Below, piece by piece: positions 1 to 13,799 of a stretch of DNA of 64,000 nt; positions within the stretch are counted from its first letter, which is position 1, and every line of letters starts with the position of its first letter. Origin of the DNA: Octopus sinensis (lineage: Eukaryota). The notes under the pieces are model-generated. The model worked only from the letters and a program-made list of their open reading frames with translations. It searched no databases and was not told the DNA's origin. Location: NCBI RefSeq assembly GCF_006345805.1, contig NC_043004.1, positions 4,960,001 through 5,024,000 of the forward strand, written 5' to 3'. The translations under genes and the position numbers were made by a program.

Positions 1-99
1 CATTAATACCAAATCTGTAAATGCTTTGTTTTGCATCTGGTTTTTTCTTTTTTTTCTTTCGTGCTAGAAAACTTCTCGTCTTTCTAGAAAATTATATAA

Positions 100-600
100 A
101 TAGTAGGAAAGCCCTCAGTACAGCTTTAATAGATTTGAGAATATAGAAAGTCTATGGTTCACAAAAGACAGTCTATTTTGACTGTTTAAAGATATAGTTC
201 TACAGCAATGCTTTTTAAAGAACTGCAGCTGACTTTTATTAGTCTGATGAACAATAGCACGAGTCTTGTCAAAAGATAATCTTGAAATAGCATTTTTCAT
301 TGATTTCATTTATAGAATCATCCAAAACAAGCTGTAGTCGATGACGCAAACAATACCAAATTATGATGTCTGGAAATTTCTGAAGTAATCTTGTAACAAC
401 TGTAAATTTACGTCTAAACATAGAACTCTCTCCATTAGAACAGCATGCCACCAGATCTTCCTTTAACTATTCTGTCAAACTCATTAACATTTGCCGAAAT
501 ATATAACGCAGTTGTTTTCAATTCTTTGGGAAATTTCATTTCTTGATGATTCGGTATTATGTTCAGCAACTGTCGTTGCAGAAGTTTCCGAATGCAAGTA
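100..600 (-). pseudogene. Degenerate hAT-superfamily transposase fragment
   Basis: ACCSNGESSMFRRKFTVVTRLLQKFPDIIIWYCLRHRLQL resembles the hAT 'SDGASxM..G...HCxxHRL' region. Frameshifted. Confidence 0.65.
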
Positions 601-624
601 GTTTCTTAAATCGATTCCGTTCTA

Positions 625-835
625 CAGTGTGTGACAGAAAGGTTGCCCCGATTTCAAAGGTTAATAAAAAAACAAACTTTGTATTTCTATGAAGTTCATT
701 AAATGCCATTTTGTTTTTTCTGTTTCAGGTAGTACCAACCGTGGCCTGGAGTGGCGAGCATGGTTTTTTTTGTATCTTCATGCGTTTGTTTTTAATTAAC
801 CTTTGAAATCGGGGCAACCTTTCTGCCGCACCCTG
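625..835. mobile_element. Tc1/mariner-type MITE
   Basis: ~50 bp TIRs (cagtgtgtgacagaaaggttgccccgatttcaaaggttaat / inverse at 785-835) with TA at 623-624 and 836-837. Confidence 0.85.
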
Positions 836-1899
836 TATATTTACAGTTTTATTTCGTCATTCAGTTTTCGGACAATGGTCAGTTTCCTTATATTAAGCTG
901 GAAACTATGTAGATCTTGCTGATTAGGTAGTTTTTCATTATCTCTATCCCCACCACCCACACCATTACCACTAATGGTGGTGGTTTGAGGAATGGTGATG
1001 ATAGTGGTAGTAATAACAATTTTGGTTTCGAATTTTGGCACAAGTCCAGCAAGTTCGGGGAAGGGGTTAAGTCGATTACATCGACCCCAGAGTTTGACTT
1101 GCGCTTTTTTTATCAACCCTGAAAGAAGGAAAGGCAAAGTCGACCTCGGCGGAATTTGGACTCAAAACGTGAAGACAGAGGTGAAACTACGACCAATGGA
1201 AATTAAAATTAGGATGATGGGAGTTAAAAACGGGGCCGCTGAATATATCACACAAGGTTCGAAGAGCCGCAGCATGTGGGTTGGGTATTAAGGGAGAACG
1301 AATCTCCTTTCTCCACCTGCCAGAGGGTCCAGGGATTATTTACAACAAACATATTAACATAGTTGCATATTTTCGTTTGATGTGAAGGCAGTTCCTAGCA
1401 AGTACTGAAGTGGTTCGTGTGAATTAGTAAGGCGTGCAATTTGTCTTTATTACTAAGGAGATTGAGAGTCTAGCTGAGATCGTGTCCAGAAAATTCCATA
1501 AGAAATTTCGCCATATAAGAAAATCCACTGTAAAACAAATTCACAGTATAGACAATGATAAACCGTGTTATATCAACATTTTAAAGCCAAAAATAATGAT
1601 AAACCGTTTTTATAAAAGCATTAAATAGGTAAGTCTTTATTCAACATCAATCGTAAAAGAAATGTGATGAGATCATTTAAAGCGAAATTCCTTATGTTTA
1701 CGGCGATATTTCCTATAACCAGCTGAGGGACATAGAAAGACTGGGAAGAGAAACAAATGTACAAAGCAGTTATTCATTAATTGACCGTATATGCATGTAA
1801 AATATTGTCAAGTACAACAGTAGCATTCAAAAATAGATGAAACTAAACGCATTTTTTTTTTTTATTGTCAATCATTAATATTTCCATATTTTTCGCTCG

Positions 1900-2400
1900 A
1901 AACCACTTTTCTGAGAAATTCTTGTCGCTTTTAATTTTGCAAAATGATTTTCAACAGCTTAGTCTTCAGAAGATCCCTGACCTTAGACTCTGCCATATCG
2001 TCCCACATCATCTGGCCAGAAAACACTCGTTCAACTGGTACAGTTGATAGGAAGACAAAGAATGTAACCTACTACATCACTAAGACTTTTTAATAATGTG
2101 TACTTTTCTTTGCAATGAACACAAGAAACCGACACTCTTCTTCATACTTAAAGTTCCGTGTTGTCCAAACTTCTGTCTTAGAAACCCAAAAATTCTTTGA
2201 AATAAGGACTTCATCAAATAATTTGTCAATATGTATTACTTGCATTCCAATCCGTTGGTTGATCTTAGATGCAAACTGATCAATACCAAGTCAAGATGTC
2301 TCCTGAATTTAATCACACAAAATCTTCAGCATTTTCAAAATTCTCATCATACAGGCCTAGCTATAGGAGGCATATTCCATAAAAACTAGACAAAATTCCA
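1900..2400 (-). pseudogene. Degenerate hAT transposase C-terminal (dimerisation) remnant
   Basis: Minus strand near 2070-2015 gives YILCLP / PVERVFS across a frameshift. Confidence 0.5.
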
Positions 2401-2719
2401 ACGTCTTTTTTGTCAGCCAATGATTGTCAAAAACTGAGACCAAGTCACAAGACATGATCACAACCAAACAGTGTGCATATCCAACCAAACAGTGTGCATA
2501 TCCAAAAATTTGATTTCTACGCCCTCACCAGAAATATAATATCAAATAAGGAATAGTATAATTTTAACAGTTTTTCGGTTCGAGGCATCCAAAGAAATTG
2601 CCACAAGCTCAGATTTAGCCATTCCTAAAACTACATTTAAAACTGTGCTTTCACATTTTGTCCACGCAAGCCGAAACTTTGGCTCAAAAAGTTTCGAGAC
2701 CAACTTTGACGAATATATA

Positions 2720-2751
<32 letters not shown>

Positions 2752-2902
2752 TCGGGACAGCTCGGTGCAACCCCCAAAAACTGGTATCGCCAGTCGGTAT
2801 CATTAGGGTGCAGCCGGCATAATAAAATAGGAACTTTTATATGAATATTCAAAATGTTTTCTGTAAACGAACTTAAAGGAGATATATGTGGGGGAAGGGG
2901 CA

Positions 2903-4110
2903 CTATTCAGTTTATTTCAAGATTTCTTGCCAATATAGAAAGAACCGGTTTCTAACCTAGATCCAAGGCTTCTTCATTTGAATTTCAACATCAACAACGG
3001 GGTATTTTTGTATGTATGTATGTATGTATGTATGTATGTATGTATGTATGTATGTATGTATGTATGTATGTATGTATATGCAGATTTGTATGTTTTATGT
3101 ATGTATTCTCCTACATATAGTTGCATATCTAGACATACTCATACTTAAATGATAAACGTCTGGAAAGTTTTACAGATTTTTACAGTTCCAGTGATGGATT
3201 GGATCTGTAGTCTTCGAATTAGCTTTCTCCTTTCTGGTTTTGAAAAGCCTAATTTCTCAAGATTGGTAGTTAGGCAGTGTGTTACATATCCCAGGGTCCC
3301 AATAATTACAGGTATAAACCTGAACTTGTAATCTGGATAGAGTAACTGCAGATTTCTCAATAGTTCAGCATAAGTGTTCATTTTTTTTCACTGATCTTCA
3401 GCTTTATGTTAACATCCGCTGGGCAGCTAATTTCCACAACTGTGCACAGTTTCTCTTCTCTATCCCAAATAATTATATCAGGTCTGTTGTGCCTACATTT
3501 TACTGAGGTCTTCACTGGGACATTCCACCAGTATTCCTTTTCATTGTAAGTGGTTATGGCTTCTACACTATTGTGGGTTCTTATTTCTTTGTCCTCGGGA
3601 CTATCCTTCCGGCGGATTTCATTATAGTGTCTCATCGATAGATAATACCGTGATGACATTTTCGGACAACTGCTTATGATGTGAATGATATCTTCAGTGT
3701 GAACTCCACAAAGTCTACATCGGTTGTCACATTTTACTGCTTTTCCTGCATCTCTGTCCCTTTTGTGCATCAGGTACTTGTTTGATATTTCCTGTTCCTT
3801 GATTGCAAAGGCATACCCTACAAAGTGGGAGGTAGTAATCCGGCTATTGGTCTATGGATAAAGTGCTTTGATGGTCAGTGTTACTATCATCATGGAGCTT
3901 TCTACTAACATATCCATACATAATTTTCTGCTCATATAGGCTCATCCTTTCATCTGATGGTATGAAACGGTTGAGTCGCGCGACGTCTTTGGGCATGAAT
4001 TCTGGGTTATCAGACAAAGAGTGTTGCTCAAGAAGCTGCCTCCCAAGTCTTGTGATGTTATCAGCTTCATGTACGCAAACTTGGTCAAGGGATGCACTTC
4101 GATACTTGGT
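2903..4110 (-). mobile_element. 5'-truncated R4/Dong-like RLE non-LTR retrotransposon
   Basis: Zinc knuckle CRLC...HIISSC, then RH, RPDIIIWD..VEISCP and IPVIIGTLG (restriction-like endonuclease). Frameshift near 3380. The 3' UTR contains (ATAC)n. Confidence 0.85.
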
Positions 4111-4800
4111 GGTTTATGAATATATGTATGTATATATATTGCTTTTTAAGTGCTGTGGTTTTACTGGGATCTCCCTTTTAAGTAGAAAGAATAGCCAAAA
4201 CTTTTTGACTGCTATTTCTAAATTCGCTGTGTGGTGAGGCAAATCGTTGCTAAACCCTTAATTACTTAGTATATATATATATATGCATGTATGTATGTAT
4301 GTATGTATGTATGTTTGTATGTATGTATGTATGTATGTATGTATGTATGTATGTATGTATGTATGTATGTATGCATGTATGTATGTATAGTTTGGACAGA
4401 ATGGAACACACTATACATAAAGAAAAAGCCTTATTTTCATTTTATTATAAAATCTACACATGAGTAACATAGTCACAACACTCTGCTAAAGACAATATAT
4501 TTTAAGTCTTGTAATTGCCGCCCACTCATGTGTATATTCTGTTAATGGGGTGCCTTGTTTAATTGCATAGGAATTTCAGTCACGAAGTCTATGCGATTAA
4601 GTGAAATCAATTGTATTAGAATATAAATTTTTAGGCAGCCAGTACAGTGATTAATTTTCACTTTCAAACTTTAAAAGGCGAATAGACTTACTTGCGATGG
4701 GCGCGGGGGCCTTCACCCCCAATCTGTTGCATGATTGGCATTTTTGCATTTCAGGAAGACTCCATAGCATTCTTTGAATGAATATATATATACATATATA

Positions 4801-5568
4801 TAATTTCAATACAGAGTAATTAATTCAGGAGAAAATATTTGCGAAGATATTATTGACTCTGTTATTATCTAGTGTAACAATTAAAAATGATAACAGAATC
4901 AATAATATAGGCGATTGCAGGCCCCAAAAATGCATTAAATAGCTGAAGGATTAAAATTAATCAAAGGACATACTAGGTATGTCTACCTGCTGGAAATAAC
5001 AGTCAAAACTCTTATTTAAATCGCCCAAAAAAAACTGATAAATACAGAAATCAACCGTCTGCAAGCAAACGGGCTAAGACAATCTCAACATACATTCAAG
5101 TAATTGGTCACACGTGGACCGGTTTCTGGACTAGTATTATAGCCTCACCGCCTCATATTATTGATTGTTATTATCATTTTTAAATGTTACACTAGATAAT
5201 AATAGAGTCAATAATATCTTCGCAAATATTTTCTCCTGAATTATTTGCTCCGTATTGAAATTATTTTCACACTAGTGGCCGCCATGCAAAGCGAGTTAGT
5301 TGCAGCGCAGACTTCAACGTAACGGGTTGGGGCTCTCCGTAATGGTAACGTGTGCTGAGGAAGGTGAGGCAATAATACTAGTCCGGAAACTGGTCTACGT
5401 GAATCCAAATACTTGAATGTATGTTGACAGATTGTCTTAGCCCGTTTGCCCGCACACGGTTGATTTCTGTAGTTATCAGTTTTTTTCGGCGATTTAAATA
5501 AGATCTTTTACTGTTATTTCCAGCAGGTAGACATACTTAGTATGTCCTTTGATTAATAATCCTTCATC

Positions 5569-5571
<3 letters not shown>
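4801..5571 (+). mobile_element. (TA)n-flanked hammerhead element with interleaved inverted repeats (Penelope-like pLTR / retrozyme-like)
   Basis: 4801-4913 is the reverse complement of 5149-5263, and 4939-5155 is the reverse complement of 5356-5571. TA tracts on both sides. Confidence 0.7.
5349..5401 (+). ncRNA. Probable type I hammerhead ribozyme, near-canonical
   Basis: CGTGTG-CTGAGGA-AGG..CCG-GAAA-C-TG-G-TC-TACGTG. Stem I relies on G-U pairs and stem II is weak. The inverted copy near 5108-5155 reads GAAACCGGTCCACGTG. Confidence 0.6.
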
Positions 5572-5600
<29 letters not shown>

Positions 5601-5620
5601 CGTGCGTGTGTGTATGTATG

Positions 5621-5706
<86 letters not shown>

Positions 5707-5893
5707 GTGTATATATGTATATATATGTATGTATTATGTATTATGTATGTATATAACAGGTGATAATTATGTTTATTCAATTATACACGTCCATTAAAAT
5801 TGTTGACAGCTGGTTTGCGGGAACTGGTGCACATTGGTTCCAGCTTACCACAAACACACAAATGCACATACACACATGCATAAAAATAAATAT

Positions 5894-5928
<35 letters not shown>

Positions 5929-5948
5929 ATATATATATATATACATAT

Positions 5949-6015
<67 letters not shown>

Positions 6016-6073
6016 GCGTATGTATGTATATAATTATATACATACACAAACACACACATGTGTGCATGAATAC

Positions 6074-6107
<34 letters not shown>

Positions 6108-6110
<3 letters not shown>

Positions 6111-6727
6111 AAGATAAATGCGATACAATAAAATTAATTATAATCGCCGGTGTACCAGTACACGCCTATATTATACATATATCATTACATTCAAGGCGAA
6201 GAGTGCACTAGATACACAATAGCTGGATAAATTTAGTGAGATGAAAATTAAAACTTTTACAAACTTAACTTTTCTTATACTGCAGTTTCGCCAAATTCAG
6301 TAATAAAAATAGTATTCATTTACTCAGGCTGGCTCTTCAGTAAGATTCCTGTTAATGATGGGAAGACCATATCAATAGACCCATGTGCGTCTATCGAAAT
6401 GCTCTCTCTAAACTATTCAAAACACTGCGCAGACTCAGAACAAACCCGACAAAATAGGGATTATGGTATATCGTCTAACGGTCAGAAATTTATCGAGAGA
6501 ATATGTAAACAAAGATAAATGCGATACAATAAAATTAATTATAATCGCCGGTGTACCAGTACACGCCATATTTATACATATATCATTCATTCAAGGCGAA
6601 GAGTGCACTAGATACACAATAGCTGGATAAATTTAGTGAGATGAAAATTAAAAACTTTTACAAACTTAACTTTTCTTATACTGCAGTTTCGCCAAATTCA
6701 GTAATAAAAATAGTATTCATTTACTCA
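6108..6727 (-). mobile_element. (TA)n-flanked hammerhead element, about 1.5 tandem copies of a ~401 bp unit
   Basis: 6108-6326 is repeated almost identically at 6509-6727. Hammerhead at 6273-6345. Long TA tracts on both sides. Confidence 0.75.
6273..6345 (-). ncRNA. Type I hammerhead ribozyme, intact core
   Basis: Minus strand: TCTTA-CTGAAGA-GCCA..TGGC-GAAA-C-TGCA-G-TA-TAAGA. Stem I TCTTA/TAAGA, stem II GCCA/TGGC, minimal stem III with palindromic loop, GUA cleavage triplet. Confidence 0.85.
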
Positions 6728-6735
6728 TATATATA

Positions 6736-6794
<59 letters not shown>

Positions 6795-7167
6795 CACTTT
6801 AAAAATTCACATTACAGTCATATTCAGCTAAACTTCATTGATTTTAATAACATTGTATATTACTAAGTATCAACGTGTTCGGCGTATACAAAAACTTCCC
6901 GTGACATCCATTTATTTTCCATACTGTAAAATATATCTGCTCTCAAAATTCCTCGTTGTATATAAACTGAGAAAGCTATAAGGCGATGTTCAAGCACTCA
7001 GTCCAAAGTGTACTACATCCAAAGTGTACTACAGCTAATGAAGTTGATGGCATAATTCCCAGTTCCTTTGTCATTTATTTAATTTCCTATTAAGCTCAGT
7101 AATGAACTCACGCTTTGTTCTGAAGCAAAGGTATATCGTGTTCCAATGCTAGGTTGTTAGTACCGCT

Positions 7168-7385
7168 ATGATGGGGTGCTGAAAAGTTCCTGGCTTTAAG
7201 GGTATCGCTAAAGGCCTGGTTAGAGGCCCAAATTTTCGAGTTCTTTTACAGGGCTTCGAAAAACTGAAGGTCCGCTGCAATAGGTGTGTGAATCTGAGAA
7301 GGAAATATGTTGAATAAAATCATAATTAACTGATCCTCCTATATTTTCTTTTACCCAGACCCAGGAACTTTCCATCCCAGCGAAA
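7168..7385. mobile_element. Mariner-type MITE, degenerate
   Basis: ggggtgctgaaaagttcctgg ... ccaggaactttccatccc imperfect TIRs. Confidence 0.55.
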
Positions 7386-7435
7386 CCTTTATACGTGTGC
7401 GTGTATACATATATATATATTATATATATATATAC

Positions 7436-7622
7436 GCCATGATAGATCGTTAGCTCCTACACGCATTTTTTTCTCTCCTTGTTTTTTTCCCGTGTTTCTT
7501 TCTGTCGAGGAGCGTAGGCTCGAAACGTAAAATACTTTTTCTATTCCTGAGCGCTATACTAATACATTTGTTTGTTTGTACTCCACCTGCCTTCGTCTTT
7601 TGTTTATTTTCGTAAACTTTCC

Positions 7623-7626
<4 letters not shown>
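7436..7626 (+). mobile_element. Short (TA)n-associated repeat with a hammerhead-like GAGCGTAGGCTCGAAAC hairpin; second copy at about 8572-8765 (-)
   Basis: The two copies align as reverse complements. Both abut TA tracts. Confidence 0.6.
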
Positions 7627-7683
<57 letters not shown>

Positions 7684-8445
7684 CTTTTGTGTAGATACAG
7701 CTGCCAAAGACATTTTTGCTTCCATTGTATTACATAAACTTCGTTCCTTTAAAGTCACATGAAGCTATTCAACTAGGCTTCTATTTCGAATACAAGTCTT
7801 TTAATGTGAGGCTGTGTGTGTGTGTGTGTGTACGTATGCAATTTTTGTTTTGTTGGATACTTGCATAAGTGCATCCGAAAATGCATACAACTTTATAACG
7901 AACAGGTGTTTGTGTGTACGAATGAATGTAAATATGAATAACATTTGCATCTTAAAAGGTATTAATTCCATGTTATTTAAATATTTGCATTTATTGTTGT
8001 TACGAACCTCTTGTAACACCGAACGTTCCGATATATCCCTTGCTTGCGGCGTTATTTCAGATCTTTTTCATATATTTGGAAGAAAGATAACTGAGAAACC
8101 ATTCCACTGAACATATATAAATAAAATGTGTTGGGGGTTCTTTTATTTCGAATATATTCCAACGATGTTTTGACGTTACATTATTTTTATTTTTCCTTTT
8201 ATCCACTGGTTCTACATGTACATTGAGATTCCATTTTATGCTTACTTTTTTAATATTTACGATTTAATCTAAATTGTTTGGGGTGAAAGGAAAGCAAAGG
8301 TAAAAAAAAGAACGGTGTTATGCAAAAAGAAATTCAATTTCGTTAGCGAGATATTTATATTCTCTGCTTCCCTCTTCTTTTACAACTACGGTAACTTATC
8401 ACTCATCCTACAACACCCATGCTCTCACACACTCTCACACACACA

Positions 8446-8574
<129 letters not shown>

Positions 8575-8784
8575 GAAATTTATTGAAAAATGAAAGATGA
8601 ATACAGGTGTATAAACCACAAGTGTATTAGTTTGATGCTTGGAAAAAATGGAAAAGTCTTTTATGTTTCGAGCCTACGCTCTTCAATAGAAAGGAATAAG
8701 AGAAAATAAACAGAGAGAGAATGAAAAACAAAACTTGTATATTTCAGCGGTCCAGCATGGCGAATGGACACAGTATATACTTTT

Positions 8785-9178
8785 ATGCTCTTTTACATAT
8801 TTCAGTCATTTGACTGCGGCCATGCTGGAGCACTGTCTTTAGGTGAACAAATCGACTCCAGGACATATTCTTTGTAAGCCTAGTACTTATTCTATGAGTC
8901 TCTTTTTCCGAACCGCTAAGTCTCAGGGACATAAACACACCAACATCGGTTGTCAAGCGATGGCAGGGGGAACAAACACAGACACAAAGGCATTCACACA
9001 TAAGTATATATACATATACACGACGGGCTTCTTTCAGTTTCTGTCTAGTAAGTCCACTCACAAGGCTTTGGTCGGCCTGAGGCTATAGTAGAAGACATAC
9101 GCCCAAGGTACCACACAGTGGGACTGAACCCAGAACCATGTGATTGGGAAGCAAGCTTCTTACCACACAGCCACATAT
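8785..9178 (-). mobile_element. tRNA-derived SINE family B with an internal microsatellite
   Basis: Head tggctgtgtggtaagaagcttgc..ggttcagtccc with A/B-box-like motifs. Homologous copies at about 17180-17650, 17775-17957, 18030-18380, 23240-23365, 35760-36200, 37655-38460, 46352-46750, 50555-50755, 52075-52230 and 59145-59527. Confidence 0.85.
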
Positions 9179-9190
9179 CTATATATATAT

Positions 9191-9308
<118 letters not shown>

Positions 9309-10828
9309 CATACATAAATATACATACATACACAGGCAAATGCACAAGAAATCAAACAACTGAAGCCGTATAAACTTACAATAAATGAGTCCTTTATATT
9401 GTTGAAAAAGAAGTAATTTTATGTCTATCAGTCGTGGATATCTTGTAGACGAATAACAATTAAAAATAATTAAATACAATATATTTTCTTTGGAGTAAAG
9501 TCTCATGACATCCTGTTGTTAAGAATATCAAATTTGTTAGGAAAGATTTATTGCAGCGAATCTTACAAATGTTTCGTAGTCCCGACAGACAAAATGGCGA
9601 AGCTGTTATTCGGAAGAATGGCAAGAGAGATGCATTGAAAGAGCCATTGCTCCTCGCAACTTGTTCAAACTGAGTAGGACGGTCCAGGGTGCCAGACGTT
9701 TTCATTTCTATAGGTTCGAAAAAAGACTAACCAGAGAGTCAGCTTGCTATTCTGTACCTGTCAGGCGGGCGATGAAATTTGGGTCTCATACCGATTTCAA
9801 TAAGGTGCTGCTGGAGAAAGTCTGGCTGCGGGCTGCGTCCCAAAATGAAAACTGCCACCTTAAAACAGAAGGATTGTGAGGCCATCCCCTCTTCTGCTTT
9901 ATACTACACCTAACACCATCGGCTCCTGTTGCGAAAGAAAACTGATTGTATCGAAGCCATATTTTACAACCTTATTGAGAGCGGCACACTGAGGGAAGTG
10001 GCACACTGCTGAAGAGATTGGGAATGTATACTGTAACTCTGCAATGACTTTGGTGTCGCTCACAGTTCCGAAATCCAAAATTTTGATAAATAGCCTATGT
10101 TGTATGAAAGAGTCCTTTGGCTATCGTTTGTTTAACCCCAGATCTAACCTGACTGAGCAAATCCTCAATAAAAATATTCATTACAGCAATAATCATCGCA
10201 TCTTTAATACTGGTATTACATATCTACGACTTCATTATCCAATGTGCCCTTTCCTTTTTGCGGTGTGGGTTTAATTTGAAGGAGATTTGGCTTCTATTTC
10301 TAGCAAGCCATATAACTACGCAGAGGCTTTCCAACTGGCCACAGTTCAACAATATTTTATGTTACAAAAATTAAAGCATTCACGCATAATTTAAATGTAA
10401 ATCTGTAAATGTCTCCAGTCTCTTCCACAAATTCTTAATTGTCAGTATTTAGCTCCAGTTTCCAGTCATTCTCTTTCAACACTACCAAGTGATTAGAGAA
10501 AAATATTGAATGTCGTGATCTCAGAAAATTTGAAATACGATCGATATGTACGCAATCTAATGAATAGAACTTTATGAAACTTAATCTTGCTCGTTTATGA
10601 AATGCAATCTATTTAATTTCTGTCAAGTAAAGTTCACAAAGTAGGATGTATACGTCCTGAGATCAGAGTTTAATTGAACATGTTTTGCTGACACAAACCG
10701 CAGCTATTTTTCCTCAGACTGTATCAAGAGCTGCTGGGATCATTAGTAACAAGTGTAAAATATAATTTTGTCTAGGGGATTCAATGTTCTTAATGGTCAG
10801 TGCACGAGTGGACAGCTATCATTATATA

Positions 10829-11090
10829 TCTATTATATAAAATCCGTTCTGTCTGTCTATGTGTCTTCTAGGATCTCGGGCATCCTCCATCCGATTGCGC
10901 TCAAATTTGATATGTAGATACCGACGGTATCAGGGCGTGTATAAGTCTTTAAAAAATTACAAAAATCGATTCTAGGTGAGAATACGATCGATAAAGCCGT
11001 GGAAACGTGCATTTGTACGCGCAAGTACATCAGCTGTTGCGATCGATACTACGCGTACGCGAGAAAGATGCACGGTGTCTCAAATTTAGG
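10829..11090 (+). mobile_element. Possible non-autonomous Helitron-like element, 5' part
   Basis: Starts A|TCTATTATATAAAA, then a (TCTG)n stretch and ccgatt..tcaaattt, a layout I recall from Helitron-derived repeats. No CTRR end found. Confidence 0.4.
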
Positions 11091-11227
11091 TTAAATCAGT
11101 GTTTCTCAAAGTACGGTCGGACAAGTTGTTTTGAGAAAAAGCCAAAGCATTATTTTATGCAGATCATTCATGATGATTTCAGTTGATTCAAAAACAATTA
11201 TCTATGAAGTAATGAACACTACTGTGA

Positions 11228-11567
11228 AGGCACGTGGCTCAGAGGTTAGAGCGTCGAGCTTGAGCTTACGATAGTGAGGTTGTGAGCTCGAATCCCGGAT
11301 CGGGCTGCGTATTGTGTTCTTGAGCAAGACACTTTATTTCACGTTGTTCCAGTTCACTCAGCTGTAGAAATGAGTTGCGACGTCACGGGTTCCAAGCTGT
11401 ATCGGCCTTTGCCTTTCCCTTGGATAACACTGGTGGCGTGGAGAGGGGAGGCTGGTATGCATGGGCGACTGCTGGTCTTCCATAAACAACCTTGCCCGGA
11501 CATGTGCCTGAGAGGGTATCTTTGTAGGTGCAATCCCATGGTCAGTGTCGTGACCGAAGGGGGTCTC
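11228..11567 (+). mobile_element. tRNA-derived SINE family C
   Basis: Head tggctcagaggttagagc..tcgaatccc, then ttgagcaagacacttt..cactcagctgt. A homologous inverted copy lies at 40088-40410. Confidence 0.85.
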
Positions 11568-13799
11568 AGAATGAACACTGCCAAATAATCTTTCAGAATG
11601 ATTATTTTCTGTGAACAGAATTTTTATTTTCACTAAATCAACTGTTAAACCTTTGAGTCAAGATTACAGCCTTAATAGCAATAAAATATCAACATATTTT
11701 TCAAGAACGAACGTTCAGGTTGTAATACTACTAGTGACCTTCCATTTCTATCTATGTCAAATTTTCTACAAATATTATTTTTATTACTGAATCAAAGGAA
11801 GGGAAGTGTCCATAATTTTACAAATTATAATAAAAATCACCAGTTTGCCTTTTATGATACTCGGAACACAGTCTCGATGCACATCAATCTCTGTAAACCT
11901 CAAACGTGTTCGAGTTTTACTAATGACTGATAAACAGGTCTAATTATCAAACTTACAGCAAAATCCATATCAAAATTCAAGCACAAATAAATATTAAATA
12001 GAATTTGGGTGATCGCCATATTACCTTACATTAACAAAATTATATTCAGTAAATAACTGTGATAGAAACATGAAGTACAACTAAAGAATTAACTCGTTAT
12101 ATAAAACTGTATAACAAAATATCCCACATAGACTTTTACTCTCGTTTTTGCTTTGTTTGTTGGGGTTTTTTTTCTATATTTTCCCTTTTATTGATCAAGA
12201 GAAAACGAGGGGAGAGAACTTCACTGTAATAAAGTTTGGTTAATATAGGTGTCGATCAGTGTGTTCCACCAAAGAAGCTTGAGAATGTAACTAGCAAGAC
12301 CATATGACAAATGAGGACATCCTGAAAACAACCAATTCAAGTCCTCCTAGCGAAATCATCGTAGAATGAAAACTAAAACTAACAAGTCATCTACTCCGAC
12401 AAACTGAACGACGCCATTCTAAAACAGCTTTCAAATGAACACCATCTGAATGAAAAAGAAACAGAACAAAATCTGCATAACTGACATGAGAGAGGCCGGA
12501 TTTGGAGAAAATTGCAACAGAAACCAGTGTCGTGAACTTTCTGGCCAATGCGTTCAAGAGTATAGGAGAAACTGATACTGAATCAGCTTGTTGTTGCTGA
12601 CGCAAAAAACTCTTCTCCTTGTTATGAATGCATGAATACCAAAATTAAGGAATTTGTTTTTATTATCCATCCCTATCCAGCAGAACACCGACACAACGCA
12701 TTACTAACGGACGATTACTAAACTAATTCGCTGTCACTGCCATGAAGTAGAAATTGTTTCAACAGTCTTTAATCTCATGGCGTTTATAAGAATTGTGGAT
12801 AAAATCTTTCCTCATTTACCTACGACACCTGTTGTTTCCATCACCACCAGTTTAATTTACCCTAAGTCCCATTCAGGAACGCTGGACATCGATGTTTCGC
12901 CATTTTTTATGGCTTATGAACATCACGTACCTGAACCGAACCGACGGCAAATAGAATAGCCCGTCCATGCGAATATGTAAAATGGTATGAAAACCATTGA
13001 CTGGTATGTCCGAACAATGCATACGTAGGAATAAATTCAAATATGAATAAGAAACAGCACGAGTGTTGTAAACATTATCGAACACACATACACAATGTAT
13101 GTGCATCCCTCTCGAATGGGACTTGGCGTGAGTTTTCTCGCCTCTCTATGACTGAGACCTTCAGATGTTTTAACACACGCGCTTTGAGAGTCAAATCGCA
13201 GCTGACAGGTGAACAAGTAAAACACATACATGGTGGTAAAGTGACCACTTCCCGGTAAGCTGCAGTTGTATGGTGGGGATACCTCAATTTGGGTATGAAT
13301 ATGTGGTCCTTTAAGCCAGATGTGCACCCAGAGTTTTCAGTTACTTAATCATTCGTATCTGAAGAATAACAGCTTTTGCTATTAACCGAAATAGATGACC
13401 CATTTCAAGGTGTTTCTCTAACGTTATGTGCATAGTGGACAGCAACTCATCCAGAAGTCGTATGATTCTATCTTTGTCCAATGTATGACCAACACAGATT
13501 TATTAACCAGCCATAATATGTTTAAGAGAGAGACATCTTTCAGCTACTTAAACTAAATCCTTACACAGTGTACAAAGTGTTCGGATTAAATTCAACGATT
13601 TTTTATGTCTCCTTTTGATGTATGGGTGAACATTCAATAAGGAGAACAAAGAGATTAAAGCCGCAACTGAGAAAAAGTTAACTGACATGAAAGACTGGAA
13701 GCTACTTAAATATTAGAAACGAGTTGCCTGAATCATGATGATTCGCGTCGGGTGTCAAAATAGACACATCATGTCTGCTGTTCAATGCTCTGTGAACAT

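Noticed and set aside
11228-11310. tRNA-like sequences at SINE heads
   Set aside because: A/B boxes are present but there is no complete cloverleaf, and each continues into a repeated SINE body.
12300-13330. Complex sequence that might be a decayed LINE or exons
   Set aside because: Frames are interrupted and I could not assign any motif with confidence.
13354-13400. CTGAAGA-hairpin-GAAA
   Set aside because: No valid UH triplet or stem I.
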